Origin: Lama guanicoe
Taxonomy: Eukaryota
Assembly (NCBI GenBank): GCA_013239625.1
Contig: MU053934.1
Span: 7,086,399 to 7,150,398, forward strand
Direction: 5' to 3'
DNA length: 64,000 nucleotides
A model generated the notes under the pieces. The model made no database searches. It was not told the DNA's origin and saw only the letters and a program-made list of their open reading frames with translations. This document shows positions 63,282-64,000 of the stretch, piece by piece (position 1 is the stretch's first letter; each line of letters starts with the position of its first letter). The position numbers were made by a program, and so were the translations under genes.

Positions 63282-64000
63282 TTAACGGTATTTTAGATAA
63301 AGGGTGATTTTGCTAGCTAGATTTGTAGGGCTGCCACTTGGGTATTTTAGAAATCAGATATACTGAGTTTGTAAATGAAGTTTAAAATGTTTGAGGATCC
63401 TTAGTTAGGGTTGTAAATGGGGTTAAGGAAATTTGCTCTTGTAAAATTATAAATTAATTAAATACTTTAAAAAGTTACTTTTTACACAGAAGTTACTAAG
63501 TTTATAAATTGACATATGATATTTATGTGCTATATTTGAAGATTTGGAAAGTAGGTTTTTTAATTTGTAGATTTAATAAATTAAGTAAAATTGAGATGAA
63601 AGAAGCTGGAAGCATTCCATCTGAGAACAAAAGTCACCCTCAGGCATTAAAAAGCCATACTGTCATAAAGAAGCCTCCCAGGTCCTCCGCATCATCATTT
63701 CCTGTTTTAATTTCTTCAAAGCACTTATCAACACCTGTTATTTTCTTGTTTATTTACTTCTTTAATTGCTCTGTCTCTGCCTGTGGGAGGGGTCTCATTT
63801 GTCTATCACTGTATTCTAATCCAGAGCTTTGTGTTTATTACATTTTTAATAGATTTCTGGAAAAACAAGCCAGTTGGGTCGTCCAACTCCTCAGCCCACC
63901 ATGCCTTTCTGTTGTCCAACAGGGCCTCCCAAGTTCTCTCGTGCAAATGTGAACTCCTTTCCTAGTGCAGCACACAAGCACACAAGAAGGACACGGCTGA

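Noticed and set aside
61700..64000. ARFGAP3 exon 3 or promoter
   Set aside because: No [21 protein letters not shown]-encoding sequence or CpG island found; these lie beyond the window
1..64000. CRISPR arrays, operons, rRNA or NUMT
   Set aside because: Mammalian intron/repeat landscape; no such signatures seen

Overview
Mammalian genomic DNA, most likely camelid (camel/alpaca/llama), inferred from about 11 copies of a tRNA-derived Vic-1-type SINE. The right 37 kb hold the last 13 exons of ARFGAP3 on the minus strand (CDS exons 61677->28132; 1290 nt including stop; all introns GT-AG; 3'UTR to about 27060 with two AATAAA signals). Its first exons lie beyond the window end. The left 27 kb is gene-free and packed with solo LTRs, MaLR, Tigger-type, L1 and L2/MIR relics. 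The most notable structure is one ~6.6 kb insertion (18421-25004) bounded by a diverged target-site duplication. It consists of an ORF2-less LINE-1 (full 5'UTR + ORF1 + 3'UTR) followed by a 3'-transduced AT-rich segment carrying the last intron acceptor, last exon and 3'UTR of FKBP3, later interrupted by a two-part antisense L1. Other points: a recursive-splice-type AG|GTGAGT exon and a NAGNAG acceptor in ARFGAP3, a local 75-bp duplication, and a C-depleted strand-skewed patch. Gene identities, exon numbers and repeat-family names come from recall of known sequences, not from database searches.
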